Part shown: in pieces, positions 25,483-39,117 of the stretch | Layout of the letters: every line of letters starts with the position of its first letter | Numbering within the stretch: the stretch's first letter is position 1 | Source: Octopus sinensis | Taxonomy: Eukaryota | NCBI RefSeq assembly: GCF_006345805.1 | Contig: NC_042998.1 | Coordinates: 185,008,001 to 185,072,000 of the forward strand | Length of the DNA: 64,000 nucleotides | Direction: 5' to 3' | Translations under genes and position numbers: made by a program | Notes under the pieces: generated by a model | The model's input: the letters and a program-made list of their open reading frames with translations, nothing else | Told to the model about the DNA's origin: nothing | Database searches by the model: none

Positions 25483-28250
25483 ATGGCGTCGGCAAGTAGC
25501 GATTCCGACTTTGAAGGTTTTACGATTGATGATTTACAAAATGTAAAAGAAAGCGACAGTAATTTGTCTTCGGACGAATCTGATATTGATTTTAAGGAAT
25601 TTTCATCGGACGACGAAGATTTTGATAATGAAAGTGATGAAAATGATGATATTAAAAATATTACGGCAATATGGTCGAAAATTACTACATCGACAACAAT
25701 TCCCGATTTTCGCAGAACAGTCCCAATGCTTAACTATTGGACTACTTATTTTTATTTTTACCTGAAAGTTTATTTGAAAATGTCGCGGAGGAAATGAATA
25801 AATATACTCAACGAATAATTTTTATTCATGGAAAACCTCATTCATTGTGGCAGCCAACCAATACGAGCTATTTTTACCATAAACATTGTGTTTGGTATCA
25901 AGCAGCTTCCTTGATTATAGAACTACTGAGGCTTGATGTAAGGTATGGTGATCCATACATCTCTAGCATTATGTCTAAAACGAGGTATCCAAAAATATCT
26001 CAATATTTATATGATTCTGCTAATGTCCCCCAGCAAGAATGACCCAAACTACGAACCCCCTGTATAAATTTGTGTTCTGTACATACTTGACACGTGTGTC
26101 ACGCTTAAGAGAAAGAAATTTGGCTGCTTAAATAAAAGTCTTTAACTAGATCTCTTGAAATTTCTGGAAGATATTTGAAATCATCACCTATGTTGTGTTA
26201 CTACTTCTCAACACACATGCCTACTGGGCCACCAAAGCATCAACGATTTCAATGAGAAAATTAAGACACTTAAATCTGATGCGTGTGTCCAGCAAAGGAG
26301 AGAGGCAGTGAGAGAGAGAGAGAGAGGGAGTGGCTGATAGGTATTTGAATTCCTTTCTACTATTGAACTGAAACTGATCCCTAGGTATTAAAGGCCCAAC
26401 AAAACGCGCGCGTGCTCACACGCACACACACTCACATTTGTTTTAGGTCATCTACCTACTTGAATTCGGCCATACATCTGATAACATGTTAAGTCTTACG
26501 TTCCGAAATTTAAATTTTGAATTTGTTTTAATTATAATATTACATCTCAGCTAAGAAAGAAAACATCTTTTGGCTTTCAAATACAACCTTTTCTTTCTCT
26601 TTCTATATTTTTTGTTAAGTTACAATTTCTCTGTTTTGGTCAGGATTTACCAATTTCTTTTTTCTTGTATCAAGTAATGGGCGAAAGCATTTAAAAGAAA
26701 AAATTAATTCATAGAGCCGAACAAAATCAGAAATATTCTGTTTTTTCCATTTACTTTTTACTTTCCTACAATAAAATTAATTAGCGTATCCTATATACTG
26801 TGTCCTTGCATATTAGGAGAGTATTTCAGAAATATTTTCACCTTTTAAACAAAAACATTAGTATATGTTTTTCAATTGAAACACTCTGAGCTGTACCTAG
26901 AAAAATATGAGAAACAGAGCTGGATCTCTCTCGGCATACCAGCAAACCACAAAATCGCACCACCCAGCCTCAACACCATTTCCAAGCCCGCCATATATAT
27001 ATGTATGTGTGTGTGTATGTGTGTATTTATGTGTGTGTGTTTGTCTATGTTTGTCCCCCACCACCATTGCTTGACAACTGATGTTGGTGTGTTTGTGTCC
27101 CTGTAACTTCGCTGTTCAGCAGAAGAGACTAATAGAATAAGCTCCAGGCTTACAGGGAATAAGTGCAGAAGTCAATTTCTCATGGCACCAGCACACAATT
27201 TTCAGATTCTTACACTTTTTTATATTTTCCTTGAATTCTTAATTAACGTTCTGATAAGTATAAACACTGTGTCTGTCTTGGGAAAACCTCAGTGCAGATG
27301 ATGTCATGATAGGTTATAAGGGTAGGATACATTTTCAGCAAAACATGCCTGTTAAATCCATTAAATGGGGCATTAAAGTATGGGAACTCTGTGAATCAGA
27401 CACGGGGTATTGTGCAAACTTTGATGTCCACACAGGGAAAAATATATAATGATGACAGACCATATGGATTGAGGTGCGACGTAGTATAGTTTCTAGCTTA
27501 ACCATTTCCCCATCAACACCGACACCTGTATTTCGACCGTTTTGCTTTCCTTCAGTGGCTTTGGCGGAACATCTTGCCCATGAAAACACTTATTGTGTAG
27601 TACTGTGATGAGCAATCGCAAAAGGCTACCCCGTGAAATAAAAACAAAGTTAAAAAAGAGGCGACATTCTTCAAAGGCAAAAAGAAAATTTGCTTGTAAC
27701 ATTATATAAAAACAAACGATAAATTTTATTCCTGTCCACCAATGAACAGCCTGGTGTTGGAGCTGAGAGGAAACCCGCACTAAATATTTCCTATAACAAA
27801 TATAAGGGTGGTGTCAACAAATCCGATCAGTATCGGACATAATACTCAGTCGGAGGACCTGGAAAGAAATGGTGGAGATACATTTTGTGGTTTTTAGTGA
27901 TTTTTAACTATTAACTCCTATACTATTTATGTAAAAAGCCACAAAGTACCTCCGCCATCAAAGGACTACGACCATATGAAATTTCGAGTTGATATCTCAG
28001 TTACGTGAGGGCTTTTCTTCCAGAAAGCACAGAACTGGGAGAAAAACAAAATTAACTGAGGATGATGTCAATAGGGATAATATTAACTGTCATAAAGTAG
28101 AAAGAATAAATGGAAGAAATAAAGTTTGCAGATTGTGTTTGTTGCAACGAAAAGCTGCCTAACAGTATCAAGTTGAAACTTCGTTTATATGTTCATTTTG
28201 CAAAGTGTCCTTGTGTAAAAATGCTTTGGACAATTTCATGACAGATATAT
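25483..28250 (+). pseudogene. piggyBac transposase pseudogene (segments 25483-26070 and 27282-28250)
   Basis: Acidic N-terminus SDSDFEGF; DYLFLFLPESLFENVAEEMNKY; ISSIMSKTRY; NLSADDVMIGYKGR; KWGIKVWELCESDTGY; YNKYKGGVNKSDQ; KKWWRY; C-terminal Cys-rich domain CRLC...ETSFICSFCKVSLC..CFGQFH. Confidence 0.9.
26990..27175 (+). mobile_element. SINE family B 3' fragment within the piggyBac insert
   Basis: TG repeat then TGCTTGACAACTGATGTTGGTGTGTTT...GTTCAGCAGAAGAGACTAATAGAATAAG. Confidence 0.7.
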
Positions 28251-29235
28251 GACCTCGTTATACTTTGTAGTTTGATAGACATACAATTATATATTCCTTT
28301 CATTTTATTGCAACTATGTGAAAGTGAGAATTACATATTAATTTTCAGTATGTTATACACCTGTATTCACCTTTGTTTCACCTGTTAATGAGCTTTTTAT
28401 TAGATGCATTCTGTTATGTAAATGTACTCATTAAATTGTATAAGAGTACATAGACAATGTTATATTGGCAAATAAAAGAGTTTTGTACTTTATTTTCAAT
28501 GAAATGTTTGAATGAAATATAGAGAAAGAATACAATATTGTATCAATTATACCTGTATTTTAAATAATGCAAATTAATGTACTTCATCATGAAAAGTGGT
28601 AAAATTGTTGGCGGTTGACATCTGGGATAATTTTAGTCACAAATCAAACAGGTAAGATACATTAAGAGTTTCAATTTTAGTGTTTATCGATAATGTTATT
28701 ACTTTTACACCTGTTAATTAAATTTACCGTCTCATAAAAATCAAATTCAATCAGAAAGATCAGCCAAAATTACATAACTGTAAACCACTGGTATATAAGC
28801 ACATACTGACAAAATTTCAAGTCTGTATGTAAAAAATTTAACAAAGTTACAAGCAAATATTGTGGACACCCCTCTTGAACCTGATTAATTCAAAATAATG
28901 TGAACAAATAAGCATTACATGTGACAAATTAATCTGAATGCTAAAAGGTTAATCCTCTATAGACTCAGATATCTGTAACTCAAAGCATCATAGAATTCTA
29001 ATCTAATATCGACACTAATCTATTGAATGATGGCTTCTTACACTGTATTGTAACAGATATAAGAGTAGAGAAACTGGAATGAAATAAACTCTGTCAACTG
29101 TCCAGATTGTTACATTTTTTGTAGCGCCAGTTTCGCACCAACATTCAGCGATGAATCTGGTGTTAATTGAAAGTAAGGATTTGATGCGCGAACGATATAT
29201 GCCATAAAAACAAATTAATACTTGTTAAAGCTAAT

Positions 29236-29625
29236 AAGGCGGCGAGCTGGCAGAATCGCTAGCACGTCGGGTGAAATGCTTCCCGACAGTTCGTCCGGCT
29301 TCATGTTCTGTGTTCAAATTCTGCCGTGATTGACTTTACCTTTCATCCTTTCGGGGTCGATAAAATAAGTTCCTGTTGATTACTGAGGGGATCGATGCAA
29401 TCGACTTAACCCTCTCCCGAAATCGTTGTCACTGTGCCAAAATTTGAAAATATTATTTATTAAGGCTTCTAATAAGGCAGCGAGGTGGCAGAATTGTTGG
29501 CACGTCAGACAAAATTGCTTAGCAGCATTTCGTTTGTTTTTACATTCTAAGTTCACTTTCCGCTGAGGTTGACTTTTCCTTTTATCCTTTCGGAGACGAT
29601 AAATAAATATCAGTCATGAACTAAG
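29236..29625 (+). mobile_element. Two adjacent SINE family A copies (29236-29455 and 29474-29625)
   Basis: Two heads AAGGCGGCGAGCTGGCAGAA / AAGGCAGCGAGGTGGCAGAA. Confidence 0.8.
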
Positions 29626-30199
29626 TCAATATTATTGACGAGCACCTTCTATAGCAGAAAAGATTATTAAAGCTTCTAATATTGTACGAAAGATTTAGAA
29701 GACAACTGATGTCTGATAATATTGCGCGCCAGTAAAGAATTAACAATAATTCTACAGACATAACTCAAACCTGCAGAATTTAGATAAAGAAGAGAGAGAG
29801 AATTATATGAATGTATATTTATGCGATACTTATGATACTAAACGCTTCTAAGAACTATTAAATTAAATTGCTTAGATTTCCATCCGAAAATGTCCGAGAG
29901 AGATTATCTAATCAGCTAATGTTTACTGTGTTGAAATTTGAAAGAATCCAATCGAAGTTGATCACTGGACTGGACAATTAGAGATCAATAATATGTATGC
30001 AACAATTTTCTCTGATAATACCAATTCTTGTAAGTTTATCGGCTTTCAAATTGGATTGATGGGGAGGGGGTGCTATAAATCTTTCCATTCCTTAATTATG
30101 CTGTTTTTACACCCATTGTCTAGTATTGCTTAGTTTAAAAATATACGAATACCATCTTGAAATCCTAATAAGATAGACAACGACATAGAATCGATAGAA

Positions 30200-30440
30200 G
30201 AGTTTTCGTCCGTTTAGAGAAGCTTTCGAATTAATACAGGAAATGAGAGTGTACGATGTTCATGCTGCTAAGAATTATGTTCGTTGTAAGTGATGTGGAA
30301 TGTTTACAATAGGAATCAAAAGTAGATCGGGAACTGTATTGTTTGAAAGTTTGCATCCTTTCTGTGGTACTGGACTCAACGAGTTCACCCTTATACCTCA
30401 CGTATGTGCATGGACGACGAAAATAAAATGCAGAAAACAT
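30200..30440 (+). pseudogene. Possible Penelope-like GIY-YIG remnant
   Basis: Plus-frame KNYVRCK*CGMFTIG...LHPF loosely resembles the PLE pattern N..Y.I.C..CG..YIG. Confidence 0.3.
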
Positions 30441-33077
30441 TGAAACTTTACTTGTTTAAGGCCTAATTATGTGTTATAACTTACATAGGCACAGAAGAGA
30501 AATATAGTTGATTGAACAAACACACCATCTATACTCCTGGGACTGATTATCTTGTAGACACGAGGTGATAAAAGTAAAGTAGGCTACCTTGGAATTTGAA
30601 CTCAGAAAATTTTTTCCAGAGTCGTAATAATGCTACTACCCTTGCATATAATTCTCAGTTACTACCAGTCCCCTTGTTGTAAAAATAATTATTAATCTCA
30701 ATTTATTTTTCTACGCTCAACATTGCATGTTACAAGAGGATAAATATGAAAGATTCAATTGTCAATTTTTAGTCCCTTCTCCCAACGATCTGCATACAAA
30801 ATATTGTCAAAATATTCGTCTCAGATTTCTCTAATATTGATAAGCCAAATCACTGTATACGTTTCCTGCGGAACTTACAAATACATCTAATGATGTAAAG
30901 AGGTTGGTGGAGAAAAATAATTCAAACACAGGACTGTATTCTTTACTGTCGACAGGTATATATTTCTACAAGTATTATCAAAATATCGCTGATTTTATGG
31001 GCGATAAAAAAATAGCAGCGTTACACTCGGGTATAAGGAATCCATAACACTCATCCTTAAAACAAAATGACATTTTGGATAATTCGATTTTACGAGACGA
31101 TTAGGCAAACCCCATTCAGAATCAAGCTCTCTCCAACCAATAAATTCCAGTTGAAGTCATCTCACCTCACCAGCTAAACCTCATGAAAAATGCTTGATCG
31201 CCACAGAATTTCATTTCCCTTTTCCGATGAATTGATATCCCCTGTACTCAAATAGCAAGTCAATATTATAAAAGGAGAGAACATTAAATGTTTATATAAG
31301 CATGAAGTTTAGATGTAGATATCACGTTGTGTTATATACTTACACAAAGCAAAGCAGAAATCTTTAACCACTCGATTGATGTATTTCAAACAGAACATAA
31401 AATTAATAAAAGATGTAGCCTGTCTTTTCGTGGTGCAAGTGTTAATCAAACGAATATTTTCATATAAAGATTATTCACTGACCAAAATGGTCCAACAAGA
31501 ATATCATAAAAGATAACTTGCGACACCTGGAATAAAAACAGCTACCTCTGTGATTTATAATGAATCATGCAGTATTATTTATGTTCGCTGTCGTGGGGAA
31601 AGAGCAGTGCAATACCGACATCGGGAAACACACGAATTAAAGATGTTTAATATGAAGGTTAACTAATGTTCTTCAAATGAGTTTGATGCATGGTTTTAAT
31701 AATCAAGTAATGATGTGGCAGAACATTCTGTGAGCACAGCTTCACCGACGACGCTAGATGAAGCCATCATTTGCAAAGCAAGTGATCGACGTAAGCACAA
31801 TAGAAAATGTACGGCGTTCTACAATAGATTGACTTTTATTTTTCACAATTTATTTTACATCTTCACCATCTGTCGCTGCTGCTCTGTATAATTATTACTA
31901 AAGAATAACACGTTTTATCCTTTTATTGGCTGTAATCAATCATATACGAGAAAGGTATTCATTGATTATTTATATCTATTTCGCTTTTTATTTACCTTTT
32001 CCTTAAGTAAACAGAGTTTTAACAGATAAAAAAACAATAAAATTAAAAAAAAATACAGGCAAAAAAAAAACGAAAGTGAATTTGTTCTCCGCACATAAAT
32101 CATCCTTCGAGTGTGAAACGACATTTTTTTTCTGCTTTTCTCGAATTTTGTTATCAAACTGTGCACATTTGTAGTGTAAAGTTCAGTGTGTTAGAAGAGT
32201 GTCTGGCAATAAAGTCCTACATAGCAAGCTGGTAACCAACTGTAAAAAAAGATTCTACTTGGTCAGTAATTGGCTATAAATTGTAATATACAAGTTTAAG
32301 AATTAACCATAAAGTAAAACAGCCTGGAACAATAAGTGTGTCGGGTGAATTTATTTAAGATATAGTATTCATCTTAGGAGCCTCTTGGTACATGAATGCA
32401 GATTTTTTCCCATCTTCTTTTGTCGCATATTTAATATCATATATCATCGTGTGTTGGGAAGTATGTTATCTGGCTAATAGTCTAATAGTTAATATAACCC
32501 ATTGAAAATCAATATTCAGAAGTCAATAAAGTTAAAACAAGAACTTCTAAAAATTAATTAACCTCTTTATATATAAAGCTAAAAGTGTATCACTTAAAGT
32601 TTAATTTTGGTAATTGGAAATTATTTATTAGTGGTTAATCAAAAGTATAGATATTTTGGGTTATATTAGGGGAATGATTCACACAACGTTAGAACTAATT
32701 GTAGCACGTTAAGCTAGTTAAATTCTTAAATAGTATAATGGCAATTTCTTATACATAGAATGGTGAGTGACGAAAAATTGGAGTTGTGTATCTAAGTAAA
32801 TTAATGTGGCTTCTTCTTAGAAAGTCTTGTAGAATATAACAAAAATATAACAAAATGGAATATTTCTTTTTAAAATTTCCTGTAAAGAATATTGAATACC
32901 GGTATTTATATTTTTTTAAAAAGTTAAATATTCGCTGGCTTCATTGAAAGATTAAAAAAATGTTTGCCTCTTTTTTTTTCACCTTCGTTTTTAATTACTG
33001 TTGTTGATTTCTTGTGGATTCTATAGTTTATAGTGGGAATAATATTCTTAATAACTGAATTCAGGTAAACTGTTGCA

Positions 33078-33242
33078 GGCATAGCTGTGTAGCTAAAGAG
33101 CTTACTTTTCAACCGCGGAGTTTTGGGTTCACTTTCACAATACTGCACTTTGAACAAATTCTACTATAGCCCCGATTTGACTAACACTTTATGAATATGT
33201 ATGGTTTGACAGAAACTCTGTAGAAGCCTGTTGTATACACAA

Positions 33243-33277
<35 letters not shown>

Positions 33278-33385
33278 CTTTTATGTGTATATTTTTGTGT
33301 TCGCTCCCCTATCGCTTGACAACCAGTATTGGCTGTTCCCGTGGCCACAACTTACCTGTTCAGCAAAAGATACTGATAGAATATG
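33078..33385 (+). mobile_element. SINE family B, old
   Basis: Degenerate head GCTGTGTAGCTAAAGAGCTT...GGGTTCAC, TA/TG core, TATCGCTTGACAACC. Confidence 0.65.
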
Positions 33386-34617
33386 TATTGGGGCCGATTT
33401 GTTTCTGCGTAGTGCCCCCCCCCCCCGAGGTTAAAGAAATTTTATACTCAGTAATTGGAATGAAAATATTAGGGTCTTTAAGCCCAATGTGAGTACGTTA
33501 TGCACAATTCATTGAGAAAATTGCACCGTGAATTTGATAAAGATATGGCTAATATTGAGACTGATAAATCCTTGGTAGAATTGAGCTAAACTAGTTAATT
33601 GGTAGTATTAAACTAACAAGATACGAGTATACAGAAGCATATATCTGGTCTTAAAGACCAAGTACATGCTTTTATATGGCCTGCCGATGGATCACACAGC
33701 CTACCATACAGTGGTCAGAACTTCGTCTAATTCTTTCGATGGTAATATCGACCATCATTATAATTACGTAGTCAATATTTAATTTAAAATCAAGTGGCTT
33801 GGTGTGAGATTGAAAAAAAATGACAAAATACTGTCAAATATGTAGTTTTAAGTAGATTTCGACAAAGTTTAATAAGCAGAAAACTCTTAGTGGAATATAT
33901 TTTTACTCAAAAGATTATGAATAAATGAAGCTTTAAGGGAAATTGTTTTCAGAAAAGAAAAGCTATTTTAAGGAAAATTCCTTGAGAAGATCTTATGAGA
34001 ATTCTCGGGCACAAAAGTCCATTGTAAAATGTTAACAAATAAACGCTTGAATCGATGAAGTCCATATTGTCGAAGGATATTGGTTAAGAAATAAAAAGAA
34101 ATGGTGCAACAAGTGCCACTTCGAGGCTAAAACTTTTTCTTTTTGCAAATAAATCCTTCAGTGCGTTCAACAAACAGGGCCAGACAAGTAGCTTTCAAAG
34201 TCATTTTTGAGATAGAGAAAAGATTTATAAGCATTGAAATTGTAAAACTGATTACCAATCCATATATTTTCATAACCTTTGATAATATTCTGCGTAACTA
34301 ATCTAACTTTACAAAGGATTTGGTATTAAATCGAAAGGAATCAAGTCAAATTGTTGGCGAAAAGAAAATTTCAAGTTAATTGACTAAGTTAGATGAAGTA
34401 TTGCAGTTGGCTGAAATTAGTCATGACTGGAGAAAATCTTTAGAATTTTGGTAAATATAGGCAGCAATTTCCAACTCTTTTCGTGTAAGGAAACAAAAAT
34501 TTTCTATAGATGTAGTAGTTTTCGGCGACAAAATCCTATTAAGCATTGAGAAAATGATTCAGCACTATCTTTTATTCGTTTTTTCATCTATCTTGAATGA
34601 CGATGGCTATATCATTC

Positions 34618-34707
34618 TCGTCGTCGTCGTCGTCGTCGTCGTCATCATCATCATCATTATCGTCGTCATCATCGTCATCATCATCATCATTATCGTCGTC
34701 ATCATCG

Positions 34708-34787
<80 letters not shown>

Positions 34788-34812
34788 AATAATAATAATA
34801 ATAATAATAATA
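34618..34812. repeat. Compound (GTC)/(ATC)/(AAC)/(AAT) trinucleotide tract
   Basis: Direct reading. Confidence 0.95.
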
Positions 34813-34911
34813 CCAACGATAACAGAATCAACTCCTATACTAGCATTATCAGTTCCACTAGACTTTCATCATTGTGTTCGTCATTACGATTCTCACAACT
34901 GCAATAATAAT

Positions 34912-35313
34912 AATCCTTTCTACTATAGGCACAAGGCCGGAAATTTGGGGAAGTTGGGGCTAGACGATTATATCGACTCCAGTGCTCAACCGGTATTTAT
35001 CTCGTAAACCTCGAAAGCATGAAAAGCAAAGTCGACCTCGGCGGAATTTGAACTCGGAATGTAAAGACGGACCAAATACCTATTTCTTTACTAGCCACAA
35101 GGGGCTAAACACAGAGAGGACAAACAAGGACAGACAAACGGATTAAGTCGATTATATCGACCCCAGTGCGTAACTGGTACTTATTTAATCGACCCCGAAA
35201 GGATGAAAGGCAAAGTCGACCTCGGCGGAATTTGAACTCAGGACGTAGCGACAGACGAAATAACGCTAAGCATTTCGCCCGGTGTGCTAACGATTCTGCC
35301 AGCTCGCCGCCTT
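34912..35313 (-). mobile_element. SINE family A dimer
   Basis: Junction AAATACC|TATTTC at 35074-35086; a further degenerate copy at about 35360-35530. Confidence 0.88.
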
Positions 35314-36555
35314 CACCGATGTAACAATTATAAAATTTGTTTCAAATTTAGGCGCAAAATTAGCAACCTGGGAAGTGTTTAGTTGATTGCGTCGACCACG
35401 TACTTAACTGGTACTTTATTTTATCGACCCTGAAAAGGAGAAAACAATAGGTGAACACAGCAGGATTCGAACTCAGTACTTAAAAGAGCTGGAAAAAATA
35501 TCAAAAGATATTTCTCCTACGCTCTAACGATTCAACAATAATCCTTTACTGGCCCAGTACAAAATGTCAACCAAAAGTATCTAAAAGTATGTGTGGTGTG
35601 GTAAATGTTACTAGTTTCCTCAGCGCTGACCACATTGCTGTACTCTACTTCAAAGGTGTCAACACTTGTAACCATTTCTCGCTGTGAACCTTGTATTCTC
35701 ATATGTTCCTAACTGTTTTTTATGTTTCATTTTTCAGTTTATAATTTTTTTAAAAAATGATGTTTGTGGGCGCGCGGTGTGTAATTAGTGAGGATATATT
35801 GATATCATTCTAGTTCTTGAGTGCGCTTTTTACCATCTCTACAAACGTGAACGGCAAAGCAGCCCCCTGAGAAATTATTTGAAACTAAAACGTAAATAAA
35901 CACAAGACATTTTGCCCAAAGTTCTACCAATTTAACCAATCCACAGCACCAGTATAAAAAGAAATTAATCAGTCGAATTGAAGGTATATCGGCTGTGTAG
36001 CCGATATACCGCCAATCTGCTTTCTATAAATTTTCTTAAGAGATGGTTGATAGGTTCTATGGCACAAGAGATTACGGTAGGTTCTGATCGGGGATTTGAA
36101 AGAACCCTGTAATCGGATTAACGAAAATACATTCTCAAGACCCATTACTATGCCAAACGTCACATAAATCTTTCTTGCATTATTTTGCTTTGGTTTCTGC
36201 CGTCCAATTTTATCTACACCGTATGTTTCATAGTAAATATATGAAATTCGTTGCGATAGTTTTAGATACTGGACTTCAGAGCTAACTTAAACATTGTTTG
36301 CGCAGAGAAGTGTAACATTTGCTTATAAAATTTTTACTTCAGGTTATTTTGATGGCAGAAAACAATTAACAATTATCAGAAAACAATTGCCATAATTACA
36401 AAATTAGAAGACGAGAAAATCAAATATTATTTCTGAAGTGTGTATTAAAACATATAACAGCATGCACAGACATATATTCATATTTTAACACACACAAACA
36501 CACACACACACACACGAACACACACGCACACTCACGGATATATATATATATATAT

Positions 36556-36766
36556 AAAGTTAATCCAAACATTGAAAACACAAAGAGAAAACACAACAAC
36601 GCGAGGACGTGAAACAAATATAGTACTATTGGACGCTCAGGAAGGAAGGGAAGAAGGCGGGTTTAACGTTTCGAGCGGAGCTCTTCGTCAGAAACATAAG
36701 AAAAGGAAAGATCCAGAGAAGGGAAGACGGAGGAAAAAAATCGCCAACGGTACACACGCGGTCACA
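36556..36766 (-). mobile_element. ~210-bp non-autonomous element with a hammerhead motif (Penelope-LTR/retrozyme-like), copy 1
   Basis: Inverted homolog at 46338-46541; both bounded by (TA)n. Confidence 0.75.
36661..36695 (-). ncRNA. Minimal type I hammerhead ribozyme motif
   Basis: GTTT-CTGACGA-A-GAGC(TCC)GCTC-GAA-ACGT-T-AAAC: stem I GTTT/AAAC, stem II 4 bp, palindromic stem III ACGT, NUH triplet GUU. Confidence 0.65.
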
Positions 36767-37414
36767 TTATATATATACTCTTAATCATATTTTCAGAGTT
36801 GAAATATTTTTTATATTTACATTTGCTTTGTTTAATTTGCTTTCTTCTCTCTGGTCGCTATCACATGTCTTAATTCAAAAATATGCATGTATCATGTGAA
36901 TAAGAACTGTATAACGCTTAGTTCAGGAATAAAAATAAAATTTTCTAGTTTGAATCCAATGCAGTCTATCTTCACATCTAGGGAACAACGCTCCTCCTTA
37001 ACTACAGGGGGAAAGAAGAAAAATACAAAGCTTAAGGAAGGTGTAAATATTGTAAGATAAGTTAATATACGAATAAAACAAGGTTCCATCTTATCAGGCG
37101 AGGTTAAAAGTCAGTCGATCATAAAGTCGTAAACAAAAAGATCCACTCTCACTTCATTCTTCTTTATCCACCATTTCGATTATCTTTTCGCTAATTACTC
37201 TTTTTATCTCCTAATAGGGCTGCAAAGGGGCGATTACTAATTTGTCTTGAAACCGAAGTTTACATCTTTTCTTTGTTTTACTTGTCTGTGAAGAGTAGGT
37301 TCTTTTATTCTCTTAATTGTTTTTGCCATTGCAACCCGGCCATGCTGAGGTGCTAATTTGAAAGGTATCTTCTTTTTGTTTTTTGATTGTTTTTTTTTTT
37401 TGTCAATGAGATAT

Positions 37415-37550
37415 GCCTAGTGCTTATTTTAAGTGAGTCACTTATTCTAGAAGTATCTTTTATGCTGAACTATCAAGTTACAGGGACGTAATTTCAGACG
37501 GTGAGAGATAAACACAGACAGATACACACACACACAACACACACACACAT

Positions 37551-37600
<50 letters not shown>

Positions 37601-37743
37601 GGCGGGCTTCCACACAGTTTTCGTCTACCAAATTCTCTCACATGGCAGTGGTCAGCCCAAGGCTATATAGTAGAAGACACTTGCACCGTGGGACTGAACC
37701 CAAAACTATGCGGTTGCGAAGCGAATTCCTTCATCACACAACC
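37415..37743 (-). mobile_element. SINE family B, decayed
   Basis: CA/TA core followed by CGGGCTTCCACACAG...GGGACTGAACCC. Confidence 0.75.
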
Positions 37744-38112
37744 TTACGAAATAATTATTATTGAAGTCAAACGGGGACAAAAAAACTCTAAAGATAAAAT
37801 TCAAGAAATCGAAAAGTTATCGACGATGTGCCTTATTAGAAGAGCAGTCTATTAAAGTTACCTCATTAGCCGTTTGCGTTGCGTAAAGAGACAAAACCTC
37901 TAGACATGGCCCCGATTTTGCTCCACTTTGAAAGCTTAACCACTTTTTCTTACGACATAAAAAAATATTAGCGTTATTTCTTTTTCTTTTTAGCTGTATT
38001 TACTCAGCCCACGGGACGACTGAAGCAAAGTATATAGTGTTTTCTTCCTTTTTCTTTGTAATTATTGTAACAAGAATTGGATTTTAGATCAAGACACTAT
38101 GTGGCTCATAAG

Positions 38113-38420
38113 CTGGTTGGTTGGTTGGTTGGTTGGTCCGTTGGTTGGTTGGTTGGTTGGTCGGTCGGTTGGTCGGACAGTTGGTTGGTTGGTTGGTTGG
38201 TTGGTTGGCTGGTTGGTTGGTTGGTTGGTTGGATGGTCGGTCGGTCGGTCGGTCGGTCAGTTGATTGGTTCATTGGTTGGTTCGTTGGTTGGTTGGTTGG
38301 TCGGTCGGTCAGTTGGTTGGTTGGTTGGTTGGTCGGTCGGTCGGTCGGTCGGTCAGTTGGCTGGTTGGATGGTTGGTTGGTTGGTTGGTTGGTTGGTTGG
38401 TTGGTCAGTTGTTCGGTCGT
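38113..38420. repeat. (TTGG)n/(TCGG)n tetranucleotide array
   Basis: Direct reading. Confidence 0.95.
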
Positions 38421-38676
38421 TTGTAAGGATATATTTTCCCTATAACCATATGTTTGCCACAACTTTTTTTATTGAGATATTCCAATATTACTCTTCAATA
38501 CTAAAGCAATCATCATCAAGTGCTCCCGCTGCTTGATAACATTTGCTCATCTCCTGTTGTTCTGCTGATTAGGCCGTTAGCTATATTGATCGCGGACATG
38601 CTATCGTCTCTCACGGAACTACTATGACCATTATATTTATTTTTGTTTCTTTTTTATGTGTGTATGTGTGTGTAGA

Positions 38677-39117
38677 TACTCTTTACTCTTTTACTCTTTT
38701 ACTTGTTTCAGTCATTTGACTGCGGCCATGCTGGAGCACCGCCTTTAGTCGAGCAAATCGACCCCAGGACTTATTCTTTGTAAGCCAAGTACTTATTCTA
38801 TCGGTCACTTTGCCGAACCGCTAAGTTGCGGGGATATAAAGACACCAGCGTCGGTTGTCAAGCTATGTTGGAGGGACAAACACACACACACACACACACC
38901 ACACACACACACACAAACACACACACACAAACACACACACACAAATATATATATACATATTTACGACGGGCTTCTTTCAGGTTCCGTCTACCAAATCCAT
39001 TCACAAGGCTTTGGTCGGCCCGAAGCTATAGTAGAAGACACTTGCCCAAGGTGCCACGCAGTGGGACTGAACCCGGAACCATGTGGTTCGTAAGCAAGCT
39101 ACTTACCACACAGCCAC
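38677..39117 (-). mobile_element. SINE family B, full length, young
   Basis: Complete head, core and (TCTTTTAC)n tail. Confidence 0.92.

Larger units (their letters stand above)
25242..28948 (+). mobile_element. Decayed piggyBac DNA transposon interrupted by a ~1.2-kb insert
   Basis: Right end CTGAATGCTAAAAGG|TTAA (TTAA 28949-28952); degenerate left end TGAA|TCTTTAGAATTCAG; transposase remnants inside. Confidence 0.75.

Noticed and set aside
33500-34550. Possible Penelope/LINE relic in AT-rich DNA (FKTRY-like fragment)
   Set aside because: Could not build any convincing multi-motif translation
31481-37010. Further minus-strand acceptor-led peptides (KEERCSLDVKIDC near 37000; VASYLYDILVGPF near 31520)
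   Set aside because: Phases do not chain with the other candidates; such signals are expected by chance in 64 kb
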